A DNA stretch of 64,000 bases from Isurus oxyrinchus (GCA_026770705.1 JANJGN010000003.1:115940001-116004000), one strand, 5' to 3'; shown: positions 47,528 to 60,988, counted from the stretch's first letter. Numbers and translations are program-made. The notes: generated by a model from the letters alone, not told the origin.

Positions 47528-48184
47528 GGGCTGAATTTTTCCGTCAGCGAGAAGGGGGCGGGGCCCCCTCGCCAATGTGAAAATGACGTGAGATGACGTT
47601 GGGGGGAAATCCCGACATCATCCCTCCCCATTTAAATCTTCAGGAAGGCAGGGGCACAGCACGCCCGCCATCCTGTCAATGGCCAATTGAGGCCATTGAC
47701 AGGATAATTAAACAATTAAAGGACCTGCTCGTCTAACCTTAAGGTTGGTGGGCAGGCCGGGAGCCCCTGCAGGCTTCTGAAAAAACATGAAACCTCATCC
47801 ACCAGTGGGATGAGGTTTCATGTCGGTTTTAAAAAAGTTTAATAAAGTTTTTGTGCACTTTATTAACATGTCCCATCTCGTATGACATTGTCATTTTTTT
47901 TCTATTTTTAAACTTTGAAAACCTTTCAGCAATCTCACTGAGGCAGCACTTAGTCTCAGGGAGATGTGAGCATGTGTGAAAGAGTGCACCCTCACATTTG
48001 GGGAATCCACCCCCGCCCGCACAGGAAGTGCATAGCGCTTCCCACCGGGTGCCACGCTGGGCGGGCCTTAATTGGCCCGCCCACTTAAAATGGTGGCGGG
48101 GCCCGTTTCGGTGGTGCCGATCGGCTGCCCGCCTGCCGCCAACTCAGTTGGGCCTGCCCACCCATCAAGAGCAAAATTTAGCCC
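47528..48184. mobile_element. Harbinger MITE (657 bp)
   Basis: TIRs GGGCTGAATTTT / AAAATTTAGCCC; TSD ATG; internal hairpin CATGAAACCTCATCC...GGATGAGGTTTCATG. Confidence 0.88.
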
Positions 48185-48397
48185 ATGAGGTTTTACTAGC
48201 AGTTTGGCCACTGAGTGGAACTTGCAAATTTTAAGCTAAAATAGTGTTGGGGTCCTAATTATGTCAAAGGGTACTGATTTAGATGTACTCATGAGAGCCT
48301 CATCTGTGTATGTCATGTGCCATGGCCAAATATACGTGGTTAAAATGAGGGTGAGCAGAAGCACAGGGTGAATTCAGTAATAAGTAGGCTACTACTG

Positions 48398-48820
48398 TGG
48401 AGGTCTTGTGGCACAGTAAGTCATGTCCCTGCCTTTGAACCAGCAGTTCTGAGTTCAGTCCCACCTCAAGACTTGATGTCCAAGGAAGGTGCCTCCATAA
48501 CTTGGCATCATAAAAGCAAAGGGATGCTGGAAGTCTGAAATATAAAATGCTGGAAAAGCTCAGCAGGTCTAACGGCATTCTGTGGACAGAAAAACAGAGT
48601 TAACACTTCAAGTCTTATGACCCTTCTTCAGATTATCAACCTTTCATTACAGACCCATGGCAGGTTGTAAGAGCAAGAGAGATTCCTGGTCAGCTATGTA
48701 ATGGAAAGAAAGTTGGCGCCTCTATCGTTGATATCCATAGCTTCAACCCACATCATGCATGTAAGGTGCATGTTGCCACAGCAATTCAAACTTGCTGAGT
48801 GATCTGTAGCACACCACCAC
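48398..48820 (+). mobile_element. Putative tRNA-headed SINE interrupted by a PLE-like fragment
   Basis: TGTGGCACAGT (A-box-like) and GAGTTCAGTCCC (B-box-like); 3' extent uncertain. Confidence 0.4.
48508..48632 (-). mobile_element. Penelope-like terminal-repeat fragment, decayed hammerhead with CTGAAGA core
   Basis: Minus strand CTGAAGA-AGGGTC-ATAA-GACTT-GAAGTGTTAACTC... Confidence 0.6.
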
Positions 48821-49332
48821 TCTGCTACTATTTGAGCAACTTTGTTAAAATCGAGGTAATTAAGGCTAATTGCAACACTGCCACTGTTATCCTCACTGAA
48901 AACATCAGGTTTGAATCTAGCGGTTACTTTTGATTTTGGGTGTAAACAGGACGATAATGATTCAGCCGCATATTATATGTCTCCCGATTTCCATTTAAGT
49001 CAACGCGAGTGAAATGCGGCGTCTATGTTTAACTGGCGGCTGAAGCAAAACCCTTTTGGATGTTTCTGGTGCTCTGGATTGCTTAGTTCCGCATCAGTTG
49101 ATTCATTTCCAGTTGAGTTCAGACATTCCCTATTTTATAGTTATTCGAGAATCATTGCAGCACTTTATTCTGCCCTGAATGATTAGTCAGTGATCGGAAA
49201 AAACTAATCCACCTTATTTATATACAGCACACTCATTTTAGTCTAATATCATACCTTATGAGTGTGTGTATGTTTTGATTCAGTGTCCATTACTGAATAA
49301 TTGTGAACAAAGCACAATGTCACTATCTTATT

Positions 49333-49439
49333 TATCTTAGTTCTGTTGAAGGGTCATGAGGACTCGAAACGTTAACTGTGCTCTTCTCCGTCGATGCTGC
49401 CAGACCTGCTGAGTTTTTCCAGGTATTTTTATTTTTTGT
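49333..49439 (+). mobile_element. Penelope-like terminal-repeat fragment
   Basis: Same family as 38758; imperfect 13-bp TSD TCACTATCTTATT / TCACGACCTTATT. Confidence 0.7.
49339..49377 (+). ncRNA. Minimal type-I hammerhead ribozyme motif (core CUGUUGA, palindromic stem III AACGUU)
   Basis: AGTT-CTGTTGA-A-GGGTC-ATGAG-GACTC-GAAACGTT-AACT. Confidence 0.6.
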
Positions 49440-49649
49440 TCACGACCTTATTACCAGCTGCTTGCAATGCTCCTGATTTTACTCCCGTAACTCGCGTTTT
49501 AGAATGATAATAAACAAACTAATATTTATCTTCAAGCACAGGCTTGGCTTTCTTTGGGGCACTGCACTTCCATTTATATATTAACATTGACATTTATTTC
49601 TAGCGTGTTATCATACATTATCTGACATATTAAATGACTTTAATTTTCT

Positions 49650-49900
49650 CTCACTCTGTACCACGCATTACGTTCCCGGTCGGAAAACGGGGCTGAAGAC
49701 CGAACCTCAACCTGCCTACCGAAGGCCTATGTGACTGCAATTGGTTGCAAGGAAAGTCGTCAGCGTGTCTCCGGAAGCTCACTGCCTAATAGCTCTGATC
49801 GCTCTTCCTGTAGGGAGAGGCGAAGCCTTCATTTATCCACCAAAGGGTTGCTGAGATCCAGAAGACGTGTCCCATGAGACAGTTGTGGGTAATGCTTATA
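49650..49900. promoter_or_regulatory. CpG-retaining unique segment, candidate promoter/enhancer
   Basis: Many CpGs relative to the AT-rich flanks; ETS-like CCGGAAG; no repeat recognised. Confidence 0.25.
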
Positions 49901-49932
49901 TTATTCCGAGTTTGGGAAGGCCAGAAGGCTGT

Positions 49933-50060
49933 GCTCTGAAGAAGAGTCATAAGGACTCGAAGGGTTAACTCTGTTTTCTCTCCACAGATGCTGCTGAGTT
50001 TTTCCAGTTTTTTCTGTTTTTGTTTCAGATTTCCAGCATCCGCAGTATTTTGCTTTTATC
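49933..50060 (+). mobile_element. Penelope-like terminal-repeat fragment, canonical CTGAAGA core with perfect stem II
   Basis: CTGAAGA-A-GAGTC-ATAAG-GACTC-GAAGGGTTAACTC...CTCTCCACAGATGCTG...CAGATTTCCAGCATCCGCAGTATTTTGC. Confidence 0.65.
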
Positions 50061-53000
50061 TTTGCGCTTGGGAGTTAATCGATCCTGTGCCATTTCCATT
50101 ATTGAACACCAGAGAAGAATGGTGTCACACTGAATAGTTTGTAAGCATATCCCATTATTTATGTGGGAAGAAAATGATTTTCATGGCCTCTAACGGGCGA
50201 GAATGGGGCCATTCTGAAAATCATGGGGCTAATTGTGATCCTTTTCCCGGTCACTATTCTCCTGGCTCCTTTTTCTTTGGCCCAAAACAACGGAGGGCGT
50301 GGCGGACCGCTTGCTTCTGCCATACGAGTCATTCGGGTATGTCAATTGTGCCCCGATGATGTCCTTAAGACATTGAAGTAATTTTGAGGTACAAATGCAT
50401 GGAGTGTGCCCCAGCCCTATTTGTACTCAATAGACTGGCCTTAATGGGTCTCTCAGAAAACCAACAAAGATAATTTTACAAAAGATTTATGTGGGGCCAA
50501 AAGGAGCATTAGTGGCCCCATTCTCCCCCTGAACGGCGAGTTGCCTGTGAGCACTTGCGCAGCGCTTTCCGCCCAAAGTTAAAATTGTTCCAATTTATTG
50601 TGTGTGGACTTGAGCCAGCAGGAACAATCTTGGATTTTTTTTTATTTTGACAAAAGTGTCTTGGTGCCTTTGTAAACGTCAGGAGAGAAAAGCACTTTGG
50701 AAACGCGTTGCCACTATGCTTAAGCACAGACGTTGAGCAACAGGATGAAAAGTATTCCTAAAATTCTATTTTGACAACACTACAATCCATTTCCATCTAT
50801 ATCGAGGCAAACTGAGTTGATCACTGCCACAAAAGTGTAAGTCATGAAATTCCATGGAGCTACACTTGAAATCAATTCAGCTTTTAACTGAGTATGACAT
50901 CAAGACGCAGCAAGTCTTTATGCCCTATTGAAGTTAATGGAAAGTAAAATCATGCGGACTGTAAAATGGGCGCCCCGTCTATTTCTGTCTTTCTACTTCA
51001 GGTGAATTAGGTTAAAATTGTCCCCTATTCCATTTTGTACTTATGTTGACTTTTTCACCAAAATCAAGAAGAGGAAATTTACACCCTCATCCCCCTAATC
51101 TGGCCCCATAACCATTCATATATTGCGTAGTTTGATTTCATGTTTCAAAAGCATGGCATAAAATTAAAATCAGAATTAACCTTTTTACTATGAATGCCAT
51201 CAAGTTCTGTGTTTATCTTTGTTTTTGTCTTTAAAAACTTTCTTTAAAGTATATAGTTTGTAATGAAATGCAAGATTCATTCGCTCCCTTCGGGGCATTG
51301 ATTTCAGTTAGTGTGACACACCAGGTACACCAGCGCATTTTTCTACAGTTTTTCTCAAAGTAAGAATTTTGCAGAAGGCAACGTAGAAAGCAAGCATGAG
51401 TAAGAATTTCTATCTTGTATTCTCCAGTGTATTTCCCAATTCAAGTTGATGTTTATTACTGTACAGATCAGGCTGCATGAAATCATAATTTCAGTCAGTT
51501 CAATCTTTGAGCAACACTTGATAGTTTGGTGACATTTTCCAAAAGGAAGAGGATAAAAGCCCAAAAGGGACTGATCACAGATTAAGAAAGAACACAGACA
51601 TCTTGCAAGCAACTGATTTTGTTGAATAACACGACAGTGAAGAGAGTGCCCTGGGGCATTTTTCCAAGTTGCCCACTCTGTGTGCCAGCCATCTGTATCC
51701 ATTTAAAAAAAAGCAGGGAACCTCATCTTCTCAGGTTGCAGGGCTGAGTGTGGGCTCTTTGCTGGACCTAAACCTTCTGCCAGGACCTTCTCAAACCCAA
51801 GTGCATCCGCTGATCCCTCCAGAGGAGTAATTGCACCAACACCAGCTGCAAGGATGCATGTTTAGTGTATCTTTTCATTCAATCTGAAAGATGTTGAGCA
51901 GAAATATTCAGAAGCTGTCGTGCTTGGAATTGAATAAAAAAGTAAGTAGGAAAATCAGGGTAGAAAATGAAAACTGGAAAGCATCCATAAATTAGAGTAA
52001 AATCATTTGTGATGCTGGTAATTTCCTGCAGTGGACTCATTCATTCACTTTAATGCACTTAACCCAATAAATTACGATGATTTATGTTACTGAATTTTGT
52101 ATATTGTCAGACAAAATCAAATATTCAAATGAATGAATCTGCTGTGTATTCATCCTTCTTCAATGCATCATGATTTACTGTATGAAAGAAACAAAACTAT
52201 CTGTGATTATAATTAATACCAAACTTCAGTTGTTTTTATCAAGAGACCTGGGACTGATCCAAATCAATTGTGAATGTGTATTTGGTGTGTTACATTCTTG
52301 AATCACATTTTTTGAAAAGAAAATGAGTTTTATCACTAAGCATAGGGAAAATACAGAATCATCTGAAATTTACAAGTTCAACTACTACAACCACAGTTCT
52401 GCTGACCAGAGTTTTGTCTTCATTTTAATAAGGACATGGTTCTGGACAAATGACTGAACATATTTCCTTAATCAAATTTAATTTAAAAAGACAATATTTG
52501 TTGAGTATGGGATTTTTCAACATTATGCTACTTTAAATTCACACTAAACGTGCATGTATCATTTACATTGAAAGCCTTTTCAACTGGAATTTCTGTTCCA
52601 GCAAGTAATTTGTGGGTTGCACTAAAGGGTATCATTGAAAGTCAAAAGAACATTCAAACAAGATAACTGGTTTTAGTTCAAAAACATACCACTAGCACAA
52701 ATGTTATGTGTTATAAAGTTTAGCACTATTAAGTAAATATTTATTTCAGCACAGAATTAAAGTATGGTGCTCACTCATATATATCCTGCTCTCTGTAGGA
52801 GCAACACCATTATATAAATAAAGAGAAACTTCAGTTCAGAGTATATTAAACTAGCACATTTCTGACTCAAAAGGAATGGGAATAAAATCAATTATCAAGA
52901 TGTTTTTTTCCAGGATGTAAACAACATCTGACAATGTCAATACAATGCACCAAACAAGCTGAATGGCTAATTGAGGAAATCATTCAATTAATTTATAAGT

Positions 53001-55967
53001 TAAAAGAAAAATTATCAACGGAGGCCAATTTAGTTTTTCAAGAAAAACATAGCCTAAATTGAAGAAGGGCTAATAGGTTCCTATGAATTCTTATTTTGGT
53101 ATGATATGACCCAGAGGTATTAATAATCTCCTGTCATTGCTATTTAATAGACAGAGACACAGAACATCAGAGTAATAATGAGGGTAATGAGGCAGTCTGG
53201 AGCTTGTTTACCATCATGTTATTTTTAACACTAATTTTAGGATGTTAAAAATAGGTTAATTGCATAAGATCGCTTTCAGACAGGGATAAGCCTGTAAACA
53301 CACCACAGAAATAACCATTCTATTACCAAGTGGGGAAACATTTTAAGACTATTATCTGTACAGAAATAAACCATATTTTGGGGCAGCTGTTCAAATAATT
53401 TAATCATGAAAAGAAAAACATGAAATGTCAGAAGGGTTGCTTTCAAATAATGACTATGAGCATTTCAGTTAAGTGAAACATAAAGATACAAAATCAGTTG
53501 AGTATTGTACTGATAGCACTTTACAGGTTCAATACAAATTGATGAGAAAAGATATGTGTCCTTATTTCAAAAATGAAAGTAACTTCAGTTTGGCTGGAAA
53601 TGACAGTTCAGCTTGACCCCATACTTAGTGATAAATAATTTAATTTGTGTTTTCAGTTTCAGTCATTTTATAAACATTCAAGGTGGCAGGAGATAGCAGA
53701 AACTAGTTGGTATATTAATCATGTTTAGATCAGAAATATAGAAGCAAGTATTAAAATGAAACAATGCTGACCATAGTGAATTTAGCATGCCATTTGATTT
53801 TAAGATAAAAATTAATTCAATATAATTAAATATTTGAAAAAGAATAAAGTCTTGCCTTAAATGGAAATTATTTTTTGTTTTGTGTTTTATTATGGTGTTA
53901 TATATTACTTTATACTTTGAAAACAAATGAAATTGTTTGAAAGATTTAGCATGTGTCTCATATACTAAACAAACATCGGAGTCTGTTAAAGTAAAAGGCA
54001 AGGCTTATTGTAGCAGATTGTAAGTAATCTTTAAAAAGTCACAACACTCTGTTCTCATTGACTAATCAATTTTCCACAAAGTCCAGTTTGATGTCATGTA
54101 TATGCTTAAATGTAGCATATATTTACATTTCATGTGGCGCTATGCTTTTTGTAATGAAAGTAACATTAAAGCAATAATCGTAAAACATCAACATCTAGAG
54201 AACTGATATATTGTCAGTTCTTTTGTGAAATTTGTATTCAAATTGCATCTAATATTTGAATTACAATTCTGAAAACTGAAAGTCAATACGTCGTTTAAAT
54301 TCTAACAGTTATATTTGGACCTCAGCACCTTATAGTTTGTATTATAGTTTGTTACAAATGTTATTGAAGATGTTCGAGTTCGTATAGAAACAAGTTGTGA
54401 TCGCTGAAGCAGTAATTTCAAAAGAAGATCAATGGCATGGGATGGGTTATTCATGTAGTGATGTGTGTACGATTTATAATAAAAGATCTTCCGATTCCTA
54501 TTGACTGCGAGTAGAAATCAGTCTGCTTGCAGTCTCTCCCGTACAGACTCCTGCCTGCAACCTTACCCGTATGGAGATCAAAGCCCCCTTGTCTGTGTTG
54601 TCAGTCTGAGTGACAGGTCAGCGAACTGCAATTTAGTGTTCAACCCTCAGTACAATAATGATACCTCTTCCTTAGTTAGATCGGTAAAATCAAAGTGGCA
54701 TTGACTTTAATGCTTAATTTCAAACCCTTTCGAGGGCTAACAGATGACCCTACTGTAATATTAGAACACTCTGAAACATGCAATTTATAGATAATAAAAT
54801 GTAATTATAAATTCAACTTCCTTATATTTTTCTTAAAGCAAAAACACTTGTAATGTAAACTACAAGTGCAATAACATTTTCAATGCCCTGTCTTGCCAAT
54901 CCTAATAAAATATTAGGATTAGATACATATTAATAATGTTCTAAATTGTTAGTTTTATAACATTATTAATATCATCTTAATGGCTCATGGATAGGTACCA
55001 GTGTTGGAAAAATGAATTTTGTATTTCTTTTTCTTAAAAGCAAACATTTTGCGGTGTTGAATTTAATGAAGTACTGCAACTATAAAAAGTGTTCCATGGT
55101 GTAGATATGCAAACAATATTTAGTGTGGTGAGCAACGCTGTTGAAGCTCGAATGTACGCTCTTTCCTTCTTTATAAAGTGTTATGTCCACATGATGGATA
55201 ATCATATAACCTGTAATGAATGCACACATAGCCCGAGGATTACATCAATGATCATTTTGGCACACAGTGGAGTCTGGTTTACCTATAATTACTCATTCCA
55301 TATTGCTAAAAAGGATGCCACATATCACATCTTTCAGAAATGTCTCATGCCGTTCTACATACAATGAATGTATTTATTTCTAAATAATGTTTAAAAATCC
55401 TCACGCTTAAGCTACAGAGCTAATAGTTTGAAAACACTACTTGGGTTTAGAATTGTAGATAGATAGTGACGGGAATCTTATAGAAAGAGACGCACAGAGG
55501 AAACAATTTAAGTGCTAAAACCAGCCTCCTGTGTGAATGGACCTGGTAAATGGTTATGCACTGTAATGATAAACAATCATATTGGTGTTGTTATAACCTG
55601 ATATTTTCTGCAAAGCCATGAACTCTAGTAAACCTTATGTAACATTAGAGGACTGAAATGACACAATTGCACTTTTCTTTCTGGTCTGGTGCTTCACTGA
55701 AATGTGTATCACATCAACTCCAAAATTCGGTACCTCATAGGACTGAAAAGGATTCCCAAAGCCAACTGACCCTTGGCTTCAGTGATTGAAGCCAGCATCT
55801 CCAAGAGATCACCTTGTTCCATATTATGTCGAGTTGGCCACAATGTAACTGCAACCAAACAAACATTCCATTTATAATAACATTTTATTTACTTAAATTT
55901 AGATAGGCTTCTCGACCTTCATTCACTGGCTGAAAAATAGGTCGTTGTTCCCTCAAATGTTTTTATT

Positions 55968-57320
55968 CATAGAATCATGGAATGGTTACTCATCCCGTCG
56001 TGTCCATGCATACCCACTCTCTGCAACAGCAACTCAGCTAGTCCCAGTTGTTCACTCTTTCCCCCAGCCCTGATTTTTATTCCTTCTAGGTACGTATCCA
56101 ATTCTCTTTTGAAAGCTATGTTTGAGTCTAACTCCATCACAGTCTCAGGCAGTGCATTCCAGATCCTAACCTCTCACTGTACTTTGTTGCCTCTTTGGCC
56201 TTTGGTTCTTTTGACAATCACTTTAAATCAGCGTCCAAGGATCCTCTGCCCTTCCACCAATGTGACTGATGTCTCTATCTACAGCGTCTAAACTACTCAT
56301 GGCTTGAACACCTCCATAAATTTCATCTCAATCAGCTGCTCTACAGAAAACAACCACAGCTTCTCCAATCTATCCACGCGGCTGAAGTCCCTCGTGAATA
56401 TTTTCTGCACCCTCTCTTAAGCCTCCACATCCTTCCTAAAATGTGGTGCCCAAATTGGACACAATACTCTAGTTGAGGCCGAACCAATGTCTTATTAAGG
56501 CTCATAATAACTTCCTTGATTTTGTATTCTGTGCAACTATTCATAAAGCCCAGGATCTGTATGCATTTTTATTCAATTTCTCAACTTGTCACCTTCAATG
56601 ATTTATCCCTAGGTCTCTCTGTTCCTGCACTCATTTTAGAATTGCATCCTTTTTATTGTCTTTCCTCATTCTTCTTATGAGATTCCATTACTTCACATCT
56701 CCACATTAAATTTCATCTGCCACCTATCCACTCACTCCACCAGCCTCTGTCCTCATTTGTCAATCACTATCCTCCTCTGTTCACAATACTTGAAAGTTTT
56801 GTAATACCTGCAAATTTTGAAATTGTACCCTGTACACACAAATCTAGGTCATTAATATATATTAATGAAAGCAGTGGTTCTGGTACGGACACCTGTGGAA
56901 CCCCTCTACCTTCCTCCAGTCCAAAAATCAAAAGTTCACCATTACTTAATTTCATATCACTCAGTCAACTTTATATCAATACAGCCACTGCCCCTTTTAT
57001 TCCATTGGTTTCAACTTTGCTGATAAGCCTATTATGTGACACTTTATCAATTGACTTTTGGAAGTCCATGTACATTACATCCACCACATTGCCCTCATCA
57101 AATCTTCCTGTGACCTCACAAAAAAAAACTCAATCAAATTAGTTAAACCTAATTTGCTTTTAACAAATCCCTGCTGGCTTTCCTTAACTAATCCCCATTT
57201 GTCTGAGTGACCGTTAATTTTGCTCCAGATTATAGTTTCTAAAAGCTTCCTCACCACCGAGGTTAAATTGACTGCCCTATAGATGCGAGGTCAACCTTTG
57301 CATCCTTTATTTGAACAATT
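55968..57320 (-). mobile_element. CR1 LINE fragment (RT to 3' end)
   Basis: KLLETIIWSKINGH...ESQQGFVKSKLGLTNLIEFF; GVPQVSVPEPLLSLIYINDLD; KTLVRPQLEYCVQF. Confidence 0.88.
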
Positions 57321-58889
57321 AGTAAGAAACCAAACTAGGAGGCCAGTAAATCACCCTGCTTGCGTGAACCGTTATTCGCAGAGGTCTGTCATTTAGTTTG
57401 GTGAACTCTGGGCTCTGTGCTGCAGTTAGTGCTGTGTTGGCAGGGACAGTGTAATCGGATGCCCTTGCCTCATTAACAACTGAAACGCAGGTAATTGTTG
57501 TGCACGTAAAGTTTTTTATGTGGAGTCCTTTCCATGTGCCATTGATGCATCCGCACAAGAATCCCTTCATATCCCACATTGTGCACCATGTGTCTGAAAA
57601 CGTTAACTATAGATCCTGGGCGCTTTCGATGTCCCGAACTCTCAAATAATTTTAAAATAAATCCACATTCAGGGCCTGCAGTGCCAACGTCAATGGCATT
57701 TCTCAGATAAGAGGCCCAAAAGTTGAACAATAATCACCCAAAGCACATCAGATTGATTAGCACTTCTGTTCGTTTGTGTAGGCGCGAATTTATGATTACA
57801 AACTTACCTCTCCCACAGGTCTGCGCGAGTGTTTGTACATTTTTCTCTCTGTATATAGTGTGTGTATATTGACATATTTTGCTCTCTATAGCTTGCATAT
57901 GTATCTCTATCTAATCAGACTACATATAAAATCTAATTTTTTATTTCTCTATGTACGCGTGTATATGTGCAAGTCTACATATGAAACCTAGTACAGTAGC
58001 AAACCATACATTTGTTTGTATGTTGTTGCGTCCAGAGAGGCAAACAGCATTTTTGTTGTTTACAAACCATCGCTACCTTTAACGTGTCGGGGAATTTTAG
58101 GGAAATGCACATTTTAAAATGATTTATTTTGTGCTGAAATCTGGATCTAGGTAGCGAGCTTCTGAGCCCCTAAATAATTTACAAAATACTCTTTAAGCAG
58201 AAAGAAATTGCATTTAATTATTTAAAGACCGACCCTGAACATCTTGTTCTGGATAGCATAGCTGATATCGAACCGGGGGTTAGAATATGTGGGTTGAAGT
58301 GGCTTATTTATTTAGAGGTGAATATTCCAAGAAAACTTAGTCATTGTTCCTAACTTCATGTTGTTGTTATTTGTGACTTCGCTACAAGGTAAAAATATTT
58401 ACAAAACATTTTGGATTCCGAAGTAAACTAGTTCATTAACCACGGAGGGTGTACGTTTGTTTTCCCCCCTGCTGCATGCAGCCATTGATTGTGGGTCAGA
58501 AATGCGCACAAGTTTTGAATGCGACATGGAATTGCTAGCTTACAATAAAATCAACGAAATGGGAGCACTTGGGAGAAATGTGTTGTGTTCATCCTTCAAT
58601 ATTAATATTTTCTTTCTCAAAATGTCGACGAGACTTGCACCATAAAAACCTTCCAGCGTTAAACTGAAGCTGGACTTGTTTATTCTGAAGGTGGCTGTAT
58701 TTTAATCGTATTGAGCTTTAATATTCCTAACGATTTAACCGATGCTGCAAAACTGACAGTTAGCCCACAAGGGGAAAATTAACAAAAACATTACGACAAA
58801 ACATTACGAAAAGTAATAGTATTCAGCAAGGGGGAAGAGAATGAGTCATTTATTCCAAATTCGGATTTAGACCAGGAACCTGCTCGAGT

Positions 58890-59003
58890 TACTGTGTTTC
58901 CTACATTGCAACAGTGACCACACTTCATCAATATTCATTTGAAGTGCCGCGCTTTAGGATGTCCTGAGGTCGTAAAAAGCGCTATGCAAATGCAAATTCT
59001 TTC
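58890..59003 (+). mobile_element. Deu-SINE/LINE 3' tail fragment
   Basis: TGTTTCCTACATTGCAACAGTGACCACACTTCA...GCGCTTTAGGATGTCCTGAGGTCGTAAAAAGCGCTATG. Confidence 0.7.
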
Positions 59004-60379
59004 TGCCACTGTTTTAGTTCGAGGCATTGCACTTTGCTGTACAATCAAGTCTATCTCCTGCAACAGAGCCATTGAAACTCTGCCATCCTCCTATTTTGAT
59101 AGCTTCATGAAATCTCCCGGTTTTATCCCCAAACCTTCCAAACAGGAATTATTCGGTTATATTTGATACTGAACTTTCCAGTGGAAAGTTTGCGAATTTG
59201 TCATTATTTTTTAAATCTGGAATTGAATGTCCGCCACCGCTTCACAAGTGTCTGCTACAAATGAAAACAAACCAGGATTTCACACTGTATGCCATCTATA
59301 TGTGTAATTCGTGAATTAGTAATGTCTATTTCTAGATAATCCAGTTCTGTTTAAAATTTTACTTGTACGAACTACATGGAAAGCTTACGCTTGCTTTACC
59401 CAAAGTTAACCTATGCGGCACACTGGGATTTCGAAGTGAGCTCAATGGGAGACCAAAGCAGTGAGGTGAACTCCACTGTCACCTATCATGTTTTCTAAAA
59501 AAAACATAAGGCACAGGGAGGGCAAACCTTAGCTTTTCTTAAGCAACCAGATTTTTTTTAAAATCAATTCTGGATTTCATAGCACAATATAGAACGTGTA
59601 AACGCGGGTATCATTTACAACACTACCATTTGGAATTTTTGCCTTCAGAAATGGAAGACGTATTTTGAACTGGATTTCAATAATTTCCAAAGTACTATTC
59701 AGTCACAGAGTAAGTAAAAATAATTTGTCCTGCCATGAATTTAAAAATATCATTCCGCTTGGAAATGTAACTGCTCACATTTACTGGAACTAGCTTTACA
59801 ATGCAATGGCCAGGAGAGAGAAAAAGTTAGGCAGTCCTAGTACTGATGCTGTTTTGTAGATACTTTCTGTTGCTCACATAGGAGTTGGATTTTTTTTGTA
59901 TGAAATACATTCTGCACATGGTTAAGTATGGCCAGAGTTTTACCTTCACCGTGTGGGCGCGGGACTCGATAATGTCGGGAAGACACCATCGTGCCACCTC
60001 TCGATATTTCAGTCAGCAGGCATGCATGGAAATCAGAAGTACGCCAGCGAGAGTTAAAATGCCAATTAAGCCCATTAAATCCCTAATTGACTGCAATTTT
60101 GAGTGGCCCGGGTGCTTTTACACTAGGCACTCAGGCCAATTAGCCAGATGGCCTTCACATTTTTCATTCATTCTACATCCAGTGCAGGATAGAAAGCCTG
60201 CCTAGAAGATGTTGATAAGGTGAGGTGTTAGTTTTGCTGTGAATTGTTTGTTGTTGGATTAGAGATTGATTCTGGTATCTTTTGGTTGATTTGGACCATT
60301 CTAGGATTGCTAAACATTTGCAGAGGCTCTCTGCAGAAAGGCCCCTTAGGTGCTGAAACCTGTACACATCAGGTCTGAC

Positions 60380-60988
60380 ATGGAGATTGTGTACTCAGCT
60401 GGAGGGACCTTCTCAGGAGAGCAGGAGAGGGCCAGAAGGGCACCATCCAGAATCTGCCCTCTGGACTGAGAGGTGCAGCCAGAAGGAGTGGAGTGCCAGC
60501 AAGATTTGCAAGGGAGAAGTTGCCAATACCCAGCAGTTAGAGTATACAGGCAGCGATCATGCTACCTGGACATAACAGAGGTTCAGCGCTGAAGAAGACT
60601 CCACCCCTCCAGAGAAACAGTCACCTCTATCTGCGACATGATCAGCCCCAAAATAACCTCAAACTGTTTGGGGACCACCCAGTGCCAGTGGCTCTGAAGG
60701 TGACAGTGGCCCTGAACTTCTATGCCTCAGTCATTCCAGGGGTCAGTGTGGAGTCTCGCAATCCGCTGTGCACTGTCACATCAAGCTGGTTACAGATGTA
60801 CTGTTTCGAAGAGTCAACACCTTCATTCACCTCAGGTCAGACAAGGCCAGCCAGGCAGACCGAGCCAGAGGATTTGCAGCAATTGCAGAATTTCCAAGAA
60901 CTCAGGGGGTCATTGACTGTGCGCACTGAGGAAGCTTACAGGAGGCAGGGAAACCAGGGAGACCTTGATTCAGAGGATTTTCAGTTAG
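60380..60988 (+). pseudogene. HARBI1-like transposase remnant lacking the catalytic core after the first Asp
   Basis: DHPVPVALKVTVALNFYAS ... GVIDCAH, joined directly to the C-terminal RETLIQRIFS*. Confidence 0.8.

Noticed and set aside
51340-51870. Possible host coding exons (acceptor CTTCTCAG at 51734 and others)
   Set aside because: Short frames with no recognisable protein similarity and no consistent exon chain.
54898-54920. 10-bp perfect inverted repeat AATCCTAATA-AAA-TATTAGGATT
   Set aside because: Short and AT-rich; expected by chance.
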